64,000 bases of DNA from an uncultured Chloroflexia bacterium (GTDB taxonomy: Bacteria; Chloroflexota; Dehalococcoidia; DSTF01; WHTK01), in NCBI GenBank assembly GCA_963766645.1, contig CAVYAY010000003.1:352554-416553 (forward strand), read 5' to 3'. This document shows, piece after piece, positions 48,490-57,757 of this stretch. The notes under the pieces are model-generated. The model had not been told where the DNA came from, made no database searches, and saw nothing but the letters and a program-made list of their open reading frames with translations. Both the position numbers and the translations under genes were made by a program. Each line of letters begins with the position of its first letter. Position 1 is the stretch's first letter.

Positions 48490-49500
48490 CTAGCCAAACG
48501 GCTCCGGGTCGTCCGCCCGCATTGGGTACATCACGTGCTCGCCCGCCTCGACGCGCCGCACGTTCTCCGCAATGCGCTCGAACGTGTTCATCCACCCCTG
48601 CACGCCGCCCGCCGTATGCGGCGTCAGCACCACGTTGTCCAGCGTCAGCAGCGGGTTACTCAATGGCAGCGGCTCCACCGAATACACGTCGATGCCCGCT
48701 GCCCGCATCTTCCTGCTGCGCAGCGCGTCCACCAGCGCCGCCTCGTCCACCGTGTTACCGCGCCCCGTGTTGACGAAGATCGCGCTTGGCTTCATCAGAC
48801 CAAACTCGCGCGCCCCCAGCATCTTGCGGCTCTCCTCCGAGTACGGCACGAACGAAACGACGACGTCGCTCTGCGACAGCAGGTCGTCCAGCGACGCGTA
48901 TTCCACACCGAAGTAGGCCTCGTGGCGCGGGCTCAGACGGTTGCGCTTGTTGTACAGCACCCGGTTGTTGAACGGCGGCAGCATCCGCGCAAAGCAGGCG
49001 CCGATCTCACCGAAACCGATGATCCCCACCGTCTTGTCGTTCAGCGTGTCGACGTCCGGCCAGCGCACCCAGTTCACCGTCGGCGTCGGGCCGATCTGCT
49101 CCGTCTCCGGCAGCCCCTCCGGGTTCAGCCCCTCATGCACCGCCTTGTGCCCGTCGACGATTCGCCGCAGCACCGCCAAAGTCAGCGACAGCGTGTGCAA
49201 AGCCACCCGGTCCGATACCCCGAACGGCAGCACCGAGATCGGAATGCCATGCGCTAGCGCCGCCGCTGCGTCGCCCTTCGCCCGCGTCAGGCCTATGCGC
49301 TGCATGAAGCGCAGCTTCGCCATCGAGGCGATCAGTGCCGCGTCGACCGGGTAGTTCCACCACACGGCCGCTTGTGCGTCCTCGTAACCGTCCGGCGGCT
49401 CTCCCGCCTCGGTCGCGACGACGACCTCGTGGCCGTGCAGGTACTGGCTCGGGAACTCGGCCAGTCGGGCCTCCAGCGGGTCGAGAAACGCGATCTTCAA
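48490..49500 (-). CDS. D-isomer-specific 2-hydroxyacid dehydrogenase family protein
   Basis: It has VGIIGFGEIGACFA (GxGxxG), VNTGRGNTVDEAAL, GIDVYSVEP and LTPHTAG. Intact 336 aa. Confidence 0.85.
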   Translation of the reverse strand: MKIAFLDPLEARLAEFPSQYLHGHEVVVATEAGEPPDGYEDAQAAVWWNYPVDAALIASMAKLRFMQRIGLTRAKGDAAAALAHGIPISVLPFGVSDRVALHTLSLTLAVLRRIVDGHKAVHEGLNPEGLPETEQIGPTPTVNWVRWPDVDTLNDKTVGIIGFGEIGACFARMLPPFNNRVLYNKRNRLSPRHEAYFGVEYASLDDLLSQSDVVVSFVPYSEESRKMLGAREFGLMKPSAIFVNTGRGNTVDEAALVDALRSRKMRAAGIDVYSVEPLPLSNPLLTLDNVVLTPHTAGGVQGWMNTFERIAENVRRVEAGEHVMYPMRADDPEPFG

Positions 49501-49512
49501 GCCATATCTCCT

Positions 49513-50802
49513 CTAGATGCCTTCGCCCCAGACCTTGGCCGACAGGTAGTCCGCCGCGCCGTCCCAGACGTCCAGGTCTTTCGACAGCACGATGTCGATC
49601 GGCCGCACCCGGGTCTCGCCCTCAGCGGCCGGCTCCAGCGGCTCGGTGCCTTCCTGCAGCTCGCGCAGCGTCTTCAGCAGCCGCTGCCTTACCTGGATGA
49701 TCGCCCCATCGGCGCTGACCAGGTGCTCCAGTGCGCGGTCGGCAATCGGTCCGCCCTGGTCCGACTGCACCGCCCAGTCCTGCGCCGGGATCGACTTGAT
49801 CCCCGTGAACGAAGCCCCCGTCTTCTGCAGCGCCCGGTCGATCAGGTAGTTGTTCTCGGCGCGCTCCTTCGGCTGGAACGTGCCCGGGACGATCTCCGGG
49901 AAGTTCACGCCGGCATTTCGCGCCGTGTACAGCTCCGAATCGGTGAGGGCGCGCTCCGGGTGCCAGATGATGCGGAAGTAGAGCTGCCGCTCGTCATCCA
50001 CCGGCACGCGTACCTGGAAGTGAATCGGCGTTCCCGGCTTCGCCGCGATCATCGTGAAGGACGGCATCAGCCACTGGTTGACGCGCCAGTAAAGCGTCTC
50101 GGCCGGTCCCGTGCGCTGGGCCGCCAGCATGATGCCGTAGCCCGTCTCCTTGAACGCCCAGCGCGGCGCCTTGTCGACGAACATCGTGGTCTCCATCCGG
50201 CCCATCCGGGCCAGCTCCCCCGCGGTGCTATCGGCCCGGCCGTGCAGGAAGCTCACGTGGCTGGAGTCGATGTCGCCCTCCAGTCCCTGCATCCAGTTCC
50301 CCTCGATGAACATCTTCGAGATGTATCGGTTCGCCGCCGGGACTGCGTTGATCTCGAAGTCCGGCAGCGCCGGCTTCTGCTCCGGCGGCCCCATGTACGC
50401 CCAGATCAGCCCGCCCATTTCAACCGCCGGGTACGCCGCGTACGCCGAGACCTTGTCGCGATAGCTCTCGCCCTCCGGCGTGTTCGGCACGTCGAGGCAG
50501 CGCCCTTCGACGTCCCATTTCCAGCCGTGGTAGGCGCAGCGCAGGCCGCCGTCCTCGTTGCGGCCCCAGAAGAGGGACGCCATGCGATGCGGGCAGCGCT
50601 CGTCCAGCACGCCGATACGCCCCATCGAGTCGCGGAACGCCACCAGACGCTCGCCGAGCACTTTCATGCGCACCGGCGTGCAATCCGGCGCCGGCAGCTC
50701 GTCCGAAAGCAGCACCGGCAGCCAGAAGCGCCGGTACAGTTCCCCCATCGGCGTCCCTTGCCCAACGCGTGTAATCAGCTCGTTTTCGCGCTCGCTCAGC
50801 AT
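49513..50802 (-). CDS. Rieske oxygenase alpha subunit, phthalate-dioxygenase family, paralog 5
   Basis: MLSERENELITRVGQGTPMGELYRRFWLPV, CPHRMASLFWGRNEDGGLRCAYHGW and NWMQGLEGDIDSSHVSFLH are present. Intact 429 aa. Confidence 0.9.
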   Translation of the reverse strand: MLSERENELITRVGQGTPMGELYRRFWLPVLLSDELPAPDCTPVRMKVLGERLVAFRDSMGRIGVLDERCPHRMASLFWGRNEDGGLRCAYHGWKWDVEGRCLDVPNTPEGESYRDKVSAYAAYPAVEMGGLIWAYMGPPEQKPALPDFEINAVPAANRYISKMFIEGNWMQGLEGDIDSSHVSFLHGRADSTAGELARMGRMETTMFVDKAPRWAFKETGYGIMLAAQRTGPAETLYWRVNQWLMPSFTMIAAKPGTPIHFQVRVPVDDERQLYFRIIWHPERALTDSELYTARNAGVNFPEIVPGTFQPKERAENNYLIDRALQKTGASFTGIKSIPAQDWAVQSDQGGPIADRALEHLVSADGAIIQVRQRLLKTLRELQEGTEPLEPAAEGETRVRPIDIVLSKDLDVWDGAADYLSAKVWGEGI

Positions 50803-50805
50803 CGC

Positions 50806-51555
50806 CTAACCTCCCGGCCGTTCCGGCAACATGTCTCCGCACCCGGCCCGGTGCGCCCAGTACTGCCACGCCCGCCACGTCTCCGGCGAATTCGGCCGGT
50901 AACCGCCGCCGCGGCTCCGGGCCCCGATCTCGCCCGCCGACAGCGGCTTGACGGCGCCCATCTGCAGTCCCTTCATCAACGCCCGCGCGTTTCGCGGCAG
51001 GTAGATCGACATCCTCACGACGTCGACGATCGACCCCGCGGCGGCGGCAAAGCCGTGGCCTCGCATCAGCACCACGCTGTGATCTCCCAGCCGCGCCGCC
51101 AGGTCGTCGCCCTGCGCCGTATTCGTCACCAGCAGGTTCGTCTCGTCGCCGAAGCGGTCCGCGATGTCCCAGACCGGCACCTCGCCGCCGATGAACGCCC
51201 CGGAGTGGATCACCGGCACCAGTGGCTGCTTCGAAATGCCGAACGGCAGCGTGTCTTCGGCGTGCGCGTGAACCACCGACATCACGTCCGGCCGCCCGGC
51301 GTAGATCGCGCTGTGGATGAAGCGCTCGATGTACGGCGTCCGCAGATCGCCGCTCGCGGGCTCGCCGTCCAACCCGAACTCGATAATGTCCTCGAAGCCG
51401 ACGAACTCGGGCGCCAGCGAGCGCGACAGATAGAAGCGCTCCGGCGCCTCGGGATGCCGCACGCTGATGTGTCCGTACGCGTCGACCACTCCTTCGCTGC
51501 TCAGCACCCGGTTGCCGATGACGAGGTCCCGCAACACGTCGTCTCGTTGACTCAT
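50806..51555 (-). CDS. Class II aldolase/adducin-domain protein
   Basis: 249 aa. DAYGHISVRH and SVVHAHAEDTLPFG match metal-binding His motifs. Confidence 0.8.
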   Translation of the reverse strand: MSQRDDVLRDLVIGNRVLSSEGVVDAYGHISVRHPEAPERFYLSRSLAPEFVGFEDIIEFGLDGEPASGDLRTPYIERFIHSAIYAGRPDVMSVVHAHAEDTLPFGISKQPLVPVIHSGAFIGGEVPVWDIADRFGDETNLLVTNTAQGDDLAARLGDHSVVLMRGHGFAAAAGSIVDVVRMSIYLPRNARALMKGLQMGAVKPLSAGEIGARSRGGGYRPNSPETWRAWQYWAHRAGCGDMLPERPGG

Positions 51556-51569
51556 ACGTCTCTCCCCCG

Positions 51570-52349
51570 CTAGTGCAGGTAACTCCCGCCGTCGACCACA
51601 ATCGTCTGGCCCGTCACGAACTCGCTGGCGGGTGAGGAAAGGTAGATCAGCGTCCCCAGCAGATCCCCCGGCACTTCGTCACGGTCCAGGATGCGCTGCG
51701 AACGCCGCGCCGTCGTCCCGCGCGCCGCCCGCTCGGCCAGCACGGTCGGGCTGTCGGTGGCGCCTGGCGCGATCGCGTTCACGGTGATCCCTGTCGGCCC
51801 TAAATCAGTAGCCATGCTGCGCGTCAGATTCACGACGGCGCCCTTCGACGCCGCGTAGTGGATCAGCGCCGGCGATCCCTTGAACGCGAGCCCGGATGCG
51901 ATGTTAATCACTCGGCCGTAGGGCTCGCGTTGCATCAGGTCCAGGCACGCTTCCGTGCAGTCGTAGACGCCGCGCACGTTCACCGCCATCACCTTGTCCC
52001 ATTCGTCCTCCGGGACCTCCCAGGCCGATGGGCGCGACGGCAGCACCGAAAACACCGCCGCGTTGTTGACCAGGATGTCCAGTCGGCTCCAATGAGCGTC
52101 GACCTCCACCACCATCGCCTCGATGCTGGTCCGGCTCGAAACGTCTAGCTCGACGCCCATCACGTGACCCGGATGCTCTTCGCTCAGGCGCGCGCTCGCC
52201 TCCCTGACGGCCACCGGGTCGATATCGGCCATCACGACCCGTGCGCCCGCTTCGGCCAGCGCCTCCGAGTAGAACAACCCGATGCCTTTCGCCCCGCCGG
52301 TCACGATGGCGACCTTGCCGTCGAGCTTGAACAGGTCCAGCGCGCTCAT
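51570..52349 (-). CDS. Short-chain dehydrogenase/reductase (SDR)
   Basis: It has VAIVTGGAKGIGLF, NNAAV and YAASKGAV. Intact 259 aa. It is the first gene of a four-gene minus-strand unit. Confidence 0.85.
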   Translation of the reverse strand: MSALDLFKLDGKVAIVTGGAKGIGLFYSEALAEAGARVVMADIDPVAVREASARLSEEHPGHVMGVELDVSSRTSIEAMVVEVDAHWSRLDILVNNAAVFSVLPSRPSAWEVPEDEWDKVMAVNVRGVYDCTEACLDLMQREPYGRVINIASGLAFKGSPALIHYAASKGAVVNLTRSMATDLGPTGITVNAIAPGATDSPTVLAERAARGTTARRSQRILDRDEVPGDLLGTLIYLSSPASEFVTGQTIVVDGGSYLH

Positions 52350-52489
52350 CTAACAGTCCTCACTCCCTCGACGCCCTAGTTTAGTCGCCCCTCGACCCGC
52401 GTGCGCCCGGATTTCACGCAAACGGATTCCCCGAACTCGCGACGCAGGCTAACCTTGCAGGGAAAGCGTCACTTTGAGAGGAACAGACC

Positions 52490-52903
52490 ATGAACGACCG
52501 GAACGACTGGAACCGCAAGGTCACCGAAGAGTTTCGCGCCAACGCAGGCAACGTCGAGCAGTTCAAAGGCATCCCGTTGCTGCTGTTGCACCACACCGGC
52601 GCGAAGAGCGGCCGCAGCTACATCAACCCGCTCGCATACCTTCCCGACGGCAAGCGCATGGTGGTCTTTGCCTCGAAGGGTGGCGCCGACACCAATCCGG
52701 ACTGGTACCACAACCTCGTCGCGCACCCCGACGTCAAGGTCGAGCTCGGCAACGGCGACGTCATCGATGCGAAAGCCGTCGTCCTGCAGGGCGCCGAGCG
52801 CGAGAGAATCTACAACCTCCAGGTCGAGCGTGTGCCCGTCTTCGCCGAGTACCGCGCCAAAACCAGCCGTGAGATCCCGGTCATTGCCCTCGACCCGGAG
52901 TAG
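52490..52903 (+). CDS. Nitroreductase-family deazaflavin (F420)-dependent oxidoreductase (DDN-like, PNPOx split barrel)
   Basis: 137 aa. NRKVTEEFRANAGNVEQFKGIPLLLLHHTGAKSGRSYINPLAY...GGADTNPDWYHNLVAHPDV is the characteristic pattern. Confidence 0.8.
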   Translation: MNDRNDWNRKVTEEFRANAGNVEQFKGIPLLLLHHTGAKSGRSYINPLAYLPDGKRMVVFASKGGADTNPDWYHNLVAHPDVKVELGNGDVIDAKAVVLQGAERERIYNLQVERVPVFAEYRAKTSREIPVIALDPE

Positions 52904-52912
52904 TCGCCGCGT

Positions 52913-54172
52913 CTACGCTGGCGCAGTGACCGCGGCCGGACCCTCCACCAGCCACGGCCGCGACAGCGCGAAGCCTGCGCTGGCGGCGATGCAACACACC
53001 CCAAATGCGACGAAGACCGCCGTGTAGCTGTCCGTCAAGTCGAAGGCGAACGCCACCAGCAGCGGCGCCGTGGCCCCCGCCACCGTCCCGATCGCCGACG
53101 AATACCCCACGAGCGTCCCGACAATGTGCCGCCCGTAGTAGTCCGGGAACGTCTGCGCCCGGAACTGCAGCGACCCAGCGACCGTGACACCCAGGAAGAT
53201 CGTCGTCGCGTAGATTGCCAGGATTGACGTCGGCAGTGCGTAGATGATGATACTGACGCCGTACAGCAACCCCCATAGCACCAGCGCCCGACGAATTCCC
53301 GCGCGGTCCACGGTGAAACCCCAGACGAATCGCCCGGCCACCGCCCCGAAGCCGTAGATGCTGACCGTAGCCGCGCCCTGCTCTAGCGAGAACCCCTTGC
53401 TCTGCACGTACGCCGCCATGTGGATAAAGATCGACGACGCCGGCAGCATCGTCAGCGCGAATCCCGCCGTCAGCAGCCAGAACGACGCGCTCCTCATCAC
53501 TTCACGAGCCGTCCAAACCGGATCTGCCACCTCCACAAGGGTCTCGTCGCGCATCGACGCGTCTGACACCGCCAGTTCAACCCCGCCGTCCGGCGCCAGG
53601 CCCATGTCCTCGGGCCGCCGCCGTACCGTGACCCACGCGATCGGCGCCACGGCCCACAGCAGGCAGCCCATCACCACCCAGACCGACCGCCAGCCCCACT
53701 CGTTGGCCACGGCCGCCATCGCCGGCGCCAACACCAGCCCTGCCGTCGCGCCGCCGAACGTGTAGAACATGATCGCCTTGGCCCGCTGGCGCACGAACCA
53801 CGCCGAGACCGCAGCAACCGGCGCCAGCGTCGATAGGCCCGGCAGTGTCACCCCAAACACGCCCCAGATTACGTACGGCTGCCATTCGGCCTGCACTAGC
53901 GCCAGTGCAAACAGGCAGGCGCCGGCCAGCAGCGCGCTCGCTGTCATCAGCAGCCGCGTGCCGTGCCTATCGACCACCGGGCCCAGCCACGCTCCGAACG
54001 CGCCGCCGACCAGCCTCTCGACCGTCAGCACGCCGACTATCGCGCTACGGCTCCAGCCGAGGTCGTCCTGCATCGGCAGGATCATCACGCCGAAGACCCA
54101 GCCGCTCGCGCCGGTGGCGTTGAACTGCGCCAGAAAGGCCGTGAGGACTATCCACCAGCCCCTGTAGCGCAA
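52913..54172 (-). CDS. MFS transporter
   Basis: 419 aa and polytopic, with N-terminus RYRGWWIVLTAFLAQFNATG. Confidence 0.8.
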   Translation of the reverse strand: MRYRGWWIVLTAFLAQFNATGASGWVFGVMILPMQDDLGWSRSAIVGVLTVERLVGGAFGAWLGPVVDRHGTRLLMTASALLAGACLFALALVQAEWQPYVIWGVFGVTLPGLSTLAPVAAVSAWFVRQRAKAIMFYTFGGATAGLVLAPAMAAVANEWGWRSVWVVMGCLLWAVAPIAWVTVRRRPEDMGLAPDGGVELAVSDASMRDETLVEVADPVWTAREVMRSASFWLLTAGFALTMLPASSIFIHMAAYVQSKGFSLEQGAATVSIYGFGAVAGRFVWGFTVDRAGIRRALVLWGLLYGVSIIIYALPTSILAIYATTIFLGVTVAGSLQFRAQTFPDYYGRHIVGTLVGYSSAIGTVAGATAPLLVAFAFDLTDSYTAVFVAFGVCCIAASAGFALSRPWLVEGPAAVTAPA

Positions 54173-54244
54173 TTTGCCTCCCGCGTTTTACGACACACGC
54201 GACAGGCGGATGCTGCAGCGTCGAGTCGGCCGGACCCCGCCTGG

Positions 54245-55231
54245 TTAAGTGCCGAGAGTACCGGGGTGGTAGACGTCTTCCAGCTTGACGGGCCGCCGGA
54301 TCAGCCCCTGCTCCAGCGAACCCTGGATCGCGCGCTCCAGCGTCTTTCTCATCGCCGAGAGCCCCAGTGGATACGGGTCGTCGCCGTAGACCTTCGCCTG
54401 CTCGGCACGGTCGTCACCCTGGAAGTACAGATATGCGGCGTCCTCGCGCTTGTACGAAGCCAGCTTCGAACGCTCGAAGCCATCGTAAAGTGCCATCGCC
54501 GCCTCCGGCCGGCCCTCCAGCAGTCTCCGCTGGATCACGAAGTGATGGTTGGCCTGGAAGCAGCCCGTCTTGCGGAAGAACTCGGCGAACACGGCGCGCC
54601 CGTTGTCGGGCATCAGCTTGCGCACCTTGGCGTTGCCCTCCAGTTGCGGCCCGCCGATCCCAATTGCCGCGTCCAGTTCGCCGCGCTCGAGCATCGCGAT
54701 CGGGTCGTCGTCGATCTCCCACGACACCGTTACGCCGGGCGGCGGGTCCTTGTCCAGCTCCAGGGCAACCGCCTGGCTCTCCTCCCGCGGCCGCAGGTTG
54801 TGCCAGGCGTTGTCCGACGCTTCGATGCCGTACAGGTCCTTCAGCACGATGCGCATCCAAAGCGCCGCCGTCATGGGATAGTCCGGCACCCCTATCTGCT
54901 TGCCCTTGAGGTCGTCCGGCCCCTGAATGCCGGACGACGCGCTGACGTACATGCCGCCCCAGAAGTGGCCTCGGGCCAGGAAGATAGGCAGCGCCCACCA
55001 CTCCCAGCGCCCGCGCCCGTACGCCGCCTTGCGGTCGACCGTCAGTAGCGTCTCCGAGATCGACATCTCGGACAGATCCATCTCGTCATTCGCAATGTTG
55101 TCGCGGAACAGCAGCGGCACCGGCTGCAGCTGCCAGTCGAACTCGACGCCCTCCACCGTCACCTCGCCGTCCACCAGCGGCGCGATACGCGGGTTCGGCG
55201 CACACGTCGTCTTCAGTCGTAACGCCATCAC
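54245..55231 (-). CDS. 4,5-dihydroxyphthalate-decarboxylase-like protein (periplasmic-binding-protein type II fold, NMT1/THI5-like)
   Basis: The N-terminus LRLKTTCAPNPRIAPLVDGEVTVEGVEFDWQLQPVPLLFRDNIANDEMDLSEMSISETL matches from memory the conserved start of proteins annotated as dihydroxyphthalate decarboxylase. It has no signal peptide. Confidence 0.6.
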   Translation of the reverse strand: MMALRLKTTCAPNPRIAPLVDGEVTVEGVEFDWQLQPVPLLFRDNIANDEMDLSEMSISETLLTVDRKAAYGRGRWEWWALPIFLARGHFWGGMYVSASSGIQGPDDLKGKQIGVPDYPMTAALWMRIVLKDLYGIEASDNAWHNLRPREESQAVALELDKDPPPGVTVSWEIDDDPIAMLERGELDAAIGIGGPQLEGNAKVRKLMPDNGRAVFAEFFRKTGCFQANHHFVIQRRLLEGRPEAAMALYDGFERSKLASYKREDAAYLYFQGDDRAEQAKVYGDDPYPLGLSAMRKTLERAIQGSLEQGLIRRPVKLEDVYHPGTLGT

Positions 55232-55235
55232 CGAC

Positions 55236-56387
55236 CTAGGCGGTCACGGGCACCGCGACGCCGTACACCCTCAGCACGTTGTCATGTACCAGCTTGCGCC
55301 GCTCCCCCGCTGGGATCGCGCCCGTGTCGCGGTCGACGACCTCCAGCGACTTCGGCCAGGTCGAGGCGCTGTGCGGGTAATCCGAAGCCCACATCAGGTT
55401 GTCTACGCCGATCTCGTCGCGGTGCTCCACCGCCTCGGGCTCGTTGATGTATGAGAAGAAGACCTGGCGGTGGAAGTATTCCAGCGGCGTCAGCGTCAGC
55501 TGCGTCGGGTACGTGTTCACGCCCCGCACTCGCCGTATCGCCCCTTCGAGGCGCTTCAGCCACAGTGGCAGCCAGTCCGTCCCGTTCTCCGCCGATATCA
55601 GGCGCAGGTGCGGGAACCGTTCGCAGACGCCCGAGAGTATCAACTGCGCGAAGATGCGCTGAGCCTCGTGCGGCGCGACGACGTTCTGCAGGACGCGATT
55701 CTCGTCCCAGTACGCCTGGCTCAGGCGGCTCTCCCCGGCGCCGGTGATCTCGTGCAGCACCACCGGCATCTCCAGCGCCTGAGCCTCGGCCCAGAACGGA
55801 TCGTAGTACTGCGATGAGAACGGCGGGCAGCCCTCCGGCGGCGACAGCCAGATCATCGCGCCCTTGAGGCCCATCGCGGCTGCGCGCCGCAGCTCCTTCA
55901 TGCCTTCCTGGACGTCATACAGCGGGATCAGCGGCACGCCGATCAGCCGTTGCGGGCTGTGGCTGCAGTACTCGGCCAGCCAGTCGTTGTAGACGCGGAA
56001 GCACGCCTCCTGCAGCCGCGCGTCGCGCAGCCAAAAGAGGCGGAACGCCAGCGTCGTGTGCAGCACCTCGCCCTCGACCCCGTCGATGTCCTGGTCGCCG
56101 AGGCGGACGACCGGGTCCCAGCCGCCGGGCCGCGCGTCGCTGTAGCTCGTCGTGTTCGTCCCGTTACGTAGGTCGGCGCGGCCTTCCTGCGCCACCGCGG
56201 CCCCAAGGCCGATGCCTACCGGGTGCGGCGGGAAACCCTCGTAGACAAAGAACTCCTGCATCCGCCCGTCGCGCTCCAGGCTCTCGACCCGCGGCGCGCG
56301 AAAACGAAACGCCCTATCGATTCGCTCCGTCCACAGGTCCGCTGGCTCACTGACGTGTGAATCCGCCGAAAAGAGTTTGTAGTCCAC
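55236..56387 (-). CDS. Amidohydrolase_2 (ACMSD / non-oxidative aromatic-acid decarboxylase-hydrolase) family protein
   Basis: 383 aa. The N-terminal metal motif is FSADSHVSEP, and WASDYPH lies near the C-terminus. Confidence 0.75.
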   Translation of the reverse strand: MDYKLFSADSHVSEPADLWTERIDRAFRFRAPRVESLERDGRMQEFFVYEGFPPHPVGIGLGAAVAQEGRADLRNGTNTTSYSDARPGGWDPVVRLGDQDIDGVEGEVLHTTLAFRLFWLRDARLQEACFRVYNDWLAEYCSHSPQRLIGVPLIPLYDVQEGMKELRRAAAMGLKGAMIWLSPPEGCPPFSSQYYDPFWAEAQALEMPVVLHEITGAGESRLSQAYWDENRVLQNVVAPHEAQRIFAQLILSGVCERFPHLRLISAENGTDWLPLWLKRLEGAIRRVRGVNTYPTQLTLTPLEYFHRQVFFSYINEPEAVEHRDEIGVDNLMWASDYPHSASTWPKSLEVVDRDTGAIPAGERRKLVHDNVLRVYGVAVPVTA

Positions 56388-56459
56388 GATCTTCCTCCCG
56401 TCAGGCGAATGGCCCCGCTATTTACCCATTTGATGGGGTACACGGTTCGCCCGGCTTGG

Positions 56460-56963
56460 TCATTCCATCGGCTCGTAACGCAGCCGCTTCACGCCGTCCA
56501 TGTTCTGCCCCTCGATGCGAATCAGTCGCGTGGCGCTCTCACGCCGCGGCGAATGCAACTGGCCTTCGTTATAAAGACAGGCCATGCCCGGCTTCAGCGG
56601 GTAGGTCTTTGCCTTGCGAACCTTACCCGGCTTCTCCGCCGTCGCCGGCTCCACCAGCTCCCACTCCGTCATCTCGGTCACTCCGCTCGCCTGGCCGTAG
56701 ATCGCCCAGGCCGGGCCGTGGTCGTGCGGCGCCGACTGGCTGGCGCCTTCGTACGAATGCGCCAGGATGCAAAAGCCCAGGTCCGGGTCCTCGTAAAGCA
56801 CGTCGCGCGTTCCGGTACCCTCACCGAGATGCTCCTCGACGAACTCGCTGTCCCCGAGAAGCTTCTCCAGCGCACCGCATATCTTCGTGCGCCCACCAGG
56901 ACCCGGGTCGTTCAACAGGATCCGATTGCACTCCGCCGCGAACAGTTCCAGTTTGTTAGCCAT
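56460..56963 (-). CDS. Cupin-fold protein (cysteine-dioxygenase-like size and pattern)
   Basis: 167 aa from MANKLELF. It contains FCILAHSYEGASQSAPHDHGPAWAIYGQASG and GQLHSP. The upstream part of ORF 56460..57536 is out-of-gene read-through. Confidence 0.6.
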   Translation of the reverse strand: MANKLELFAAECNRILLNDPGPGGRTKICGALEKLLGDSEFVEEHLGEGTGTRDVLYEDPDLGFCILAHSYEGASQSAPHDHGPAWAIYGQASGVTEMTEWELVEPATAEKPGKVRKAKTYPLKPGMACLYNEGQLHSPRRESATRLIRIEGQNMDGVKRLRYEPME

Positions 56964-56989
56964 GCTGTCCCTCCTCTCGCTCCACCGTC

Positions 56990-57742
56990 CTATTGCGCCG
57001 TTGTTCCGCCGTCGATGACCAGCTCGCTGCCAGTCATGTAGGACGACTCGTCCGAGGCCAGGAATAGAACACCGTACGCCACTTCCTCCGGCGTCCCCGC
57101 GCGCCCCATGGGCAGGTTTCGCAGTCGTGCCTGCCAGCCCGCCTCGTCGGCCTGCATCTCGCTGATCATGTCCGTTGCAATCGGACCCGGGTGAACCGAG
57201 TTGCAGCGGATGCCGTCTTTCACGTTCTGGACCGCCGTCGCTTTGGTGAACAAGCGCACTGCCCCTTTTGTGGCTGTATAGGCCGCAGACGTGTTGCTCC
57301 CGACCAGGCCCGCGGTGGACGAAAGGTTGACGATCGAGCCCCCTCCGGCCCGCCGCATCGACGGCAGCACCGCCTTCGTACCGAGAAAGACCCCCTTCAC
57401 GTTGATCCCCATGATCCTGTCCCACTCCTCCTCGGTCGTGTCTTCGATGCCCTTCCGTATCAGTATGCCAGCGTTGTTCACCAGCACGTTCACTGGGCCG
57501 TAGAGCCGTTCCGCCACTGCAATGGCGTCGCGCCATTCGCCCTGCTTCGTCACGTCGAGGTGGACGTAGGTCGCTTCGGCGCCCGCGGCCTTCAGCTCCG
57601 ACTCCAGCGCTTGACCCTGGTCGTCGAGAATGTCACCGAAGACGACCTTCGCGCCTTCCTGGCAAAACATCCGCGCCTCGCAGGCGCCCTGGCCGCGAGC
57701 ACCACCGCTGATTAACGCTACCTTGCCATCCAGCCTACCCAT
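56990..57742 (-). CDS. Short-chain dehydrogenase/reductase (SDR)
   Basis: It has VALISGGARGQGACE, NNAGI and YTATKGAV. Intact 250 aa. Confidence 0.85.
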   Translation of the reverse strand: MGRLDGKVALISGGARGQGACEARMFCQEGAKVVFGDILDDQGQALESELKAAGAEATYVHLDVTKQGEWRDAIAVAERLYGPVNVLVNNAGILIRKGIEDTTEEEWDRIMGINVKGVFLGTKAVLPSMRRAGGGSIVNLSSTAGLVGSNTSAAYTATKGAVRLFTKATAVQNVKDGIRCNSVHPGPIATDMISEMQADEAGWQARLRNLPMGRAGTPEEVAYGVLFLASDESSYMTGSELVIDGGTTAQ

Positions 57743-57757
57743 ACGTGGCCTCTTTCA

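Noticed and set aside
49372-51573. 733-aa plus-strand ORF
   Set aside because: It is antisense to three intact, motif-bearing genes: the 2-hydroxyacid dehydrogenase start, Rieske paralog 5 and the class II aldolase. Its Arg/Pro/Leu-rich composition marks it as a GC-skewed open frame, not a gene.
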